From a virus: DNA of 5,868 nucleotides. A program made the position numbers and the translations under genes. The stretch is from positions 1 to 5,868 of IMG/VR virus record IMGVR_UViG_3300045988_003943, one strand, 5' to 3'. Below are positions 4,431-5,868 of this stretch, piece by piece (position 1 is the first letter of the stretch; each line of letters starts with the position of its first letter). Under the pieces are notes generated by a model, which saw only the letters and a program-made list of their open reading frames with translations, was not told the DNA's origin and searched no databases.

Positions 4431-5332
4431 TATCTTAAATAATCACCCGGCTTTCTTTGCTGTCCATAGCTTCCCGTTTTGTCTGTTGCTTTGATTGCGC
4501 GGTCTGTTGAGCCTGCAACTCTCTTTTGTGCTTTGCCTGCGTCGTAACTTGGTTCTGCTACCTTGTCCGTTACAACTTCTACGTTTTTTTTCAGCTCTTG
4601 CCAGCTCTTGCCGCTGTTTGCTCCTTGCTGGAAATAACTGCTTACTCCCTGCGCAAGGTTGATACTGTCGCTGAAACTGCCGTAACTGTTGGAACTGAAT
4701 GCCGGGCTTCCCAATGCGCTGATGCTTGCCGCGCTTGTGCTTCCTAGTCCTACGCTTGCACCGCCTACGCTTCCAGCACTGCCTCCGCCCATTGCCGCGC
4801 CTCCGTTGAGTGCCGCCAAAATTGGGTTGATTCCTGCGGCTCTCATGTCTGCAACGGCTCTTTGGTATGCGGTACTGCTCATGTGCTCTTGCCACTCTCG
4901 ATTAAGTGCGGCTTCTGCAGAGTTGTAAGCCATGGCTTCACGCATTAGGTCAGCGTTCATTCGTCCTTGCTTGTTCATCATCATACTGTTAAGCAGGCCT
5001 TGGAATCCACTTCCTGCCATGTTGTAGATTCCTTGTGCGCTCATGCTTCCCAGATTTCTGAGCCATCCGCTAAGTTCTGTGTTTCGGTTTGTGCTGTCGT
5101 TCGTTCCTCCTGAACTTTCGCTGTGGCTGTTTCCATAGCTCCAGTTAGAACTACTGCCTCCTCCTGCTGTCCAGCCTTGGTTTTGGCTGAAATTGAACTT
5201 GTTACTTGCGTCGAACTGTTGCTGATTTTGACTTAATCCTTTGAACTGGTTGTACAGATTTCCGAATGTTCCGATTAAGTTTCCGGCTGTGCCCATTATT
5301 TTTAATGCTGTTCCCAGTCCTCCTAGTGCCAT
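4430..5332 (-). CDS. VP2: VP2 minor capsid / DNA pilot protein (300 aa)
   Basis: It sits immediately downstream of VP1, as in gokushoviruses. The VP1 stop TAA is followed by a perfect SD: TAAGGAGGTATTTAAATG. The core segment NSAEAALNREWQEHMSSTAYQRAVADMRAAGINPILAALNGG matches the conserved motif of Microviridae VP2 (ERMS.TAYQRA..DM..AG.NP), which I recall from memory. The flanks are Gly/Ser/Asn/Ala-rich low-complexity regions. Confidence 0.8.
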   Translation of the reverse strand: MALGGLGTALKIMGTAGNLIGTFGNLYNQFKGLSQNQQQFDASNKFNFSQNQGWTAGGGSSSNWSYGNSHSESSGGTNDSTNRNTELSGWLRNLGSMSAQGIYNMAGSGFQGLLNSMMMNKQGRMNADLMREAMAYNSAEAALNREWQEHMSSTAYQRAVADMRAAGINPILAALNGGAAMGGGSAGSVGGASVGLGSTSAASISALGSPAFSSNSYGSFSDSINLAQGVSSYFQQGANSGKSWQELKKNVEVVTDKVAEPSYDAGKAQKRVAGSTDRAIKATDKTGSYGQQRKPGDYLR

Positions 5333-5344
5333 TTAAATACCTCC

Positions 5345-5868
5345 TTAGTGATGGTCGATTAAGCCGGGAACGGAATACATTGGCATTGGCCTTACGGTTG
5401 TGTTTTTTACAAGGAAGTCTGCGATAAACTGTGGTTCGTTTACCTTGTCTTCAACGGCCAGAGTTCGCGCGATTTCTGCACTTCCTTCTTTCATCCACTC
5501 TTGACTGAGTGCCGGTGTTTTGGTGTAGTTGTCACCATAGTGCCAACTGTCCAGCGTTCCGGTCGCATTGGATCGGAACGCACCACAGATGCGGTTTGGC
5601 TTCATGCGATAATCCGCCCACGCCTCTTGGTAGCCAAATGCTTCGTTGTCGGTTTCCGTGCCCTGTGCATAGAGTTCTTTTTTCAGTACTGCTTGCTCTC
5701 CCAGATTTGCGAAAACAGGGAAATAATAGTCCAGCTTGTTTTTTCTGCTGAACATGCGTTCCAAACCCTGCTGGTATGTGTGGTCATGGCGTACACAGCA
5801 TACGCCAATAACAAAGCCGTGCTCTTCGAAAGATTTTGTAAAAGCGCTCTTGCCAAAGCCTGTGACCG
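5345..5868 (-). CDS. VP1: Major capsid protein VP1, C-terminal part (stop TAA at 5347-5345); bases 5814-5868 duplicate 1-55
   Basis: The frame is open from the window end down to TAA at 5345-5347. Translation reads ...FEEHGFVIGVCCVRHDHTYQQGLERMFSRKNKLDYYFPVFANLGEQ...GYQEAWADYRMKPNRICGAFRSN...RPMPMYSVPGLIDHH*, a typical VP1 C-terminus. It joins in frame to the 1..1250 segment, giving 572 aa in total. The ORF track start at 5764 is only an internal TTG. Confidence 0.9.
   Translation of the reverse strand, partial: VTGFGKSAFTKSFEEHGFVIGVCCVRHDHTYQQGLERMFSRKNKLDYYFPVFANLGEQAVLKKELYAQGTETDNEAFGYQEAWADYRMKPNRICGAFRSNATGTLDSWHYGDNYTKTPALSQEWMKEGSAEIARTLAVEDKVNEPQFIADFLVKNTTVRPMPMYSVPGLIDHH
5814..5868. 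repeat. Second copy of the terminal redundancy (duplicate of 1-55)
   Basis: Identical to 1-55. Confidence 0.95.

Noticed and set aside
4443-4895. 150-aa extremely Arg/Lys-rich minus-strand ORF embedded in VP2
   Set aside because: It is an alternative frame of the Gly/Ala/Ser-rich (GGN/GCN/AGC) VP2 low-complexity region, which mechanically yields CGN/AGR codons. There is no RBS. It could only be rescued by evidence of synonymous constraint.
6-5751. All + strand ORFs in the track (6..278, 185..367, 1165..1359, 1229..1456, 1517..1753, 2133..2423, 2383..2634, 2692..2919, 2942..3181, 4526..4747, 4689..4928, 5509..5751)
   Set aside because: They are antisense to well-supported minus-strand genes. 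They are Phe/Leu/Cys-rich from the T-rich complement of an A-rich coding strand. No SD signals precede them, and Microviridae encode all genes on one strand.

Overview
The window is a complete circular genome of a small ssDNA phage of the Microviridae, gokushovirus-like. The first 55 bp (1-55) are repeated exactly at 5814-5868, so the unit genome is 5,813 nt and the window is a linearised circle with terminal redundancy. The + strand shown is the complement of the coding (virion-sense) strand: every credible gene is on the minus strand, and the + strand ORFs are T-rich antisense artefacts. Gene order along the minus strand, 5'->3', is: major capsid VP1 (1250->1, continuing 5813->5345, 572 aa across the junction) -> VP2 minor capsid/pilot protein (5332->4430) -> VP4 rolling-circle replication initiator (4430->3414) -> a 544-bp structured non-coding region (3413->2870) -> peptidase M15_3-type cell-wall hydrolase (2858->2469) -> three small ORFs of unknown function (40, 75 and 87 aa) -> VP3 internal scaffolding protein (1738->1247) -> VP1. 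Nearly every gene has a strong GGAGG-type Shine-Dalgarno sequence, and several genes are joined by stop/start overlaps (ATGA, TAATG). The non-coding region holds a hairpin/U-tract terminator, a perfect 19-bp inverted repeat abutting the VP4 stop, two GC-rich hairpins, a ~70-bp GC island made of two perfect alternating purine-pyrimidine tracts, iteron-like direct repeats, and a sigma70-like promoter (perfect TTGACA -35) pointing into the M15 gene. The most interesting points are the large structured non-coding region (candidate complementary-strand origin or regulatory hub), the Z-DNA-type GC island, the M15 peptidase lysis candidate, a compositionally foreign 87-aa gene, and a gene order in which VP3 sits directly upstream of VP1.
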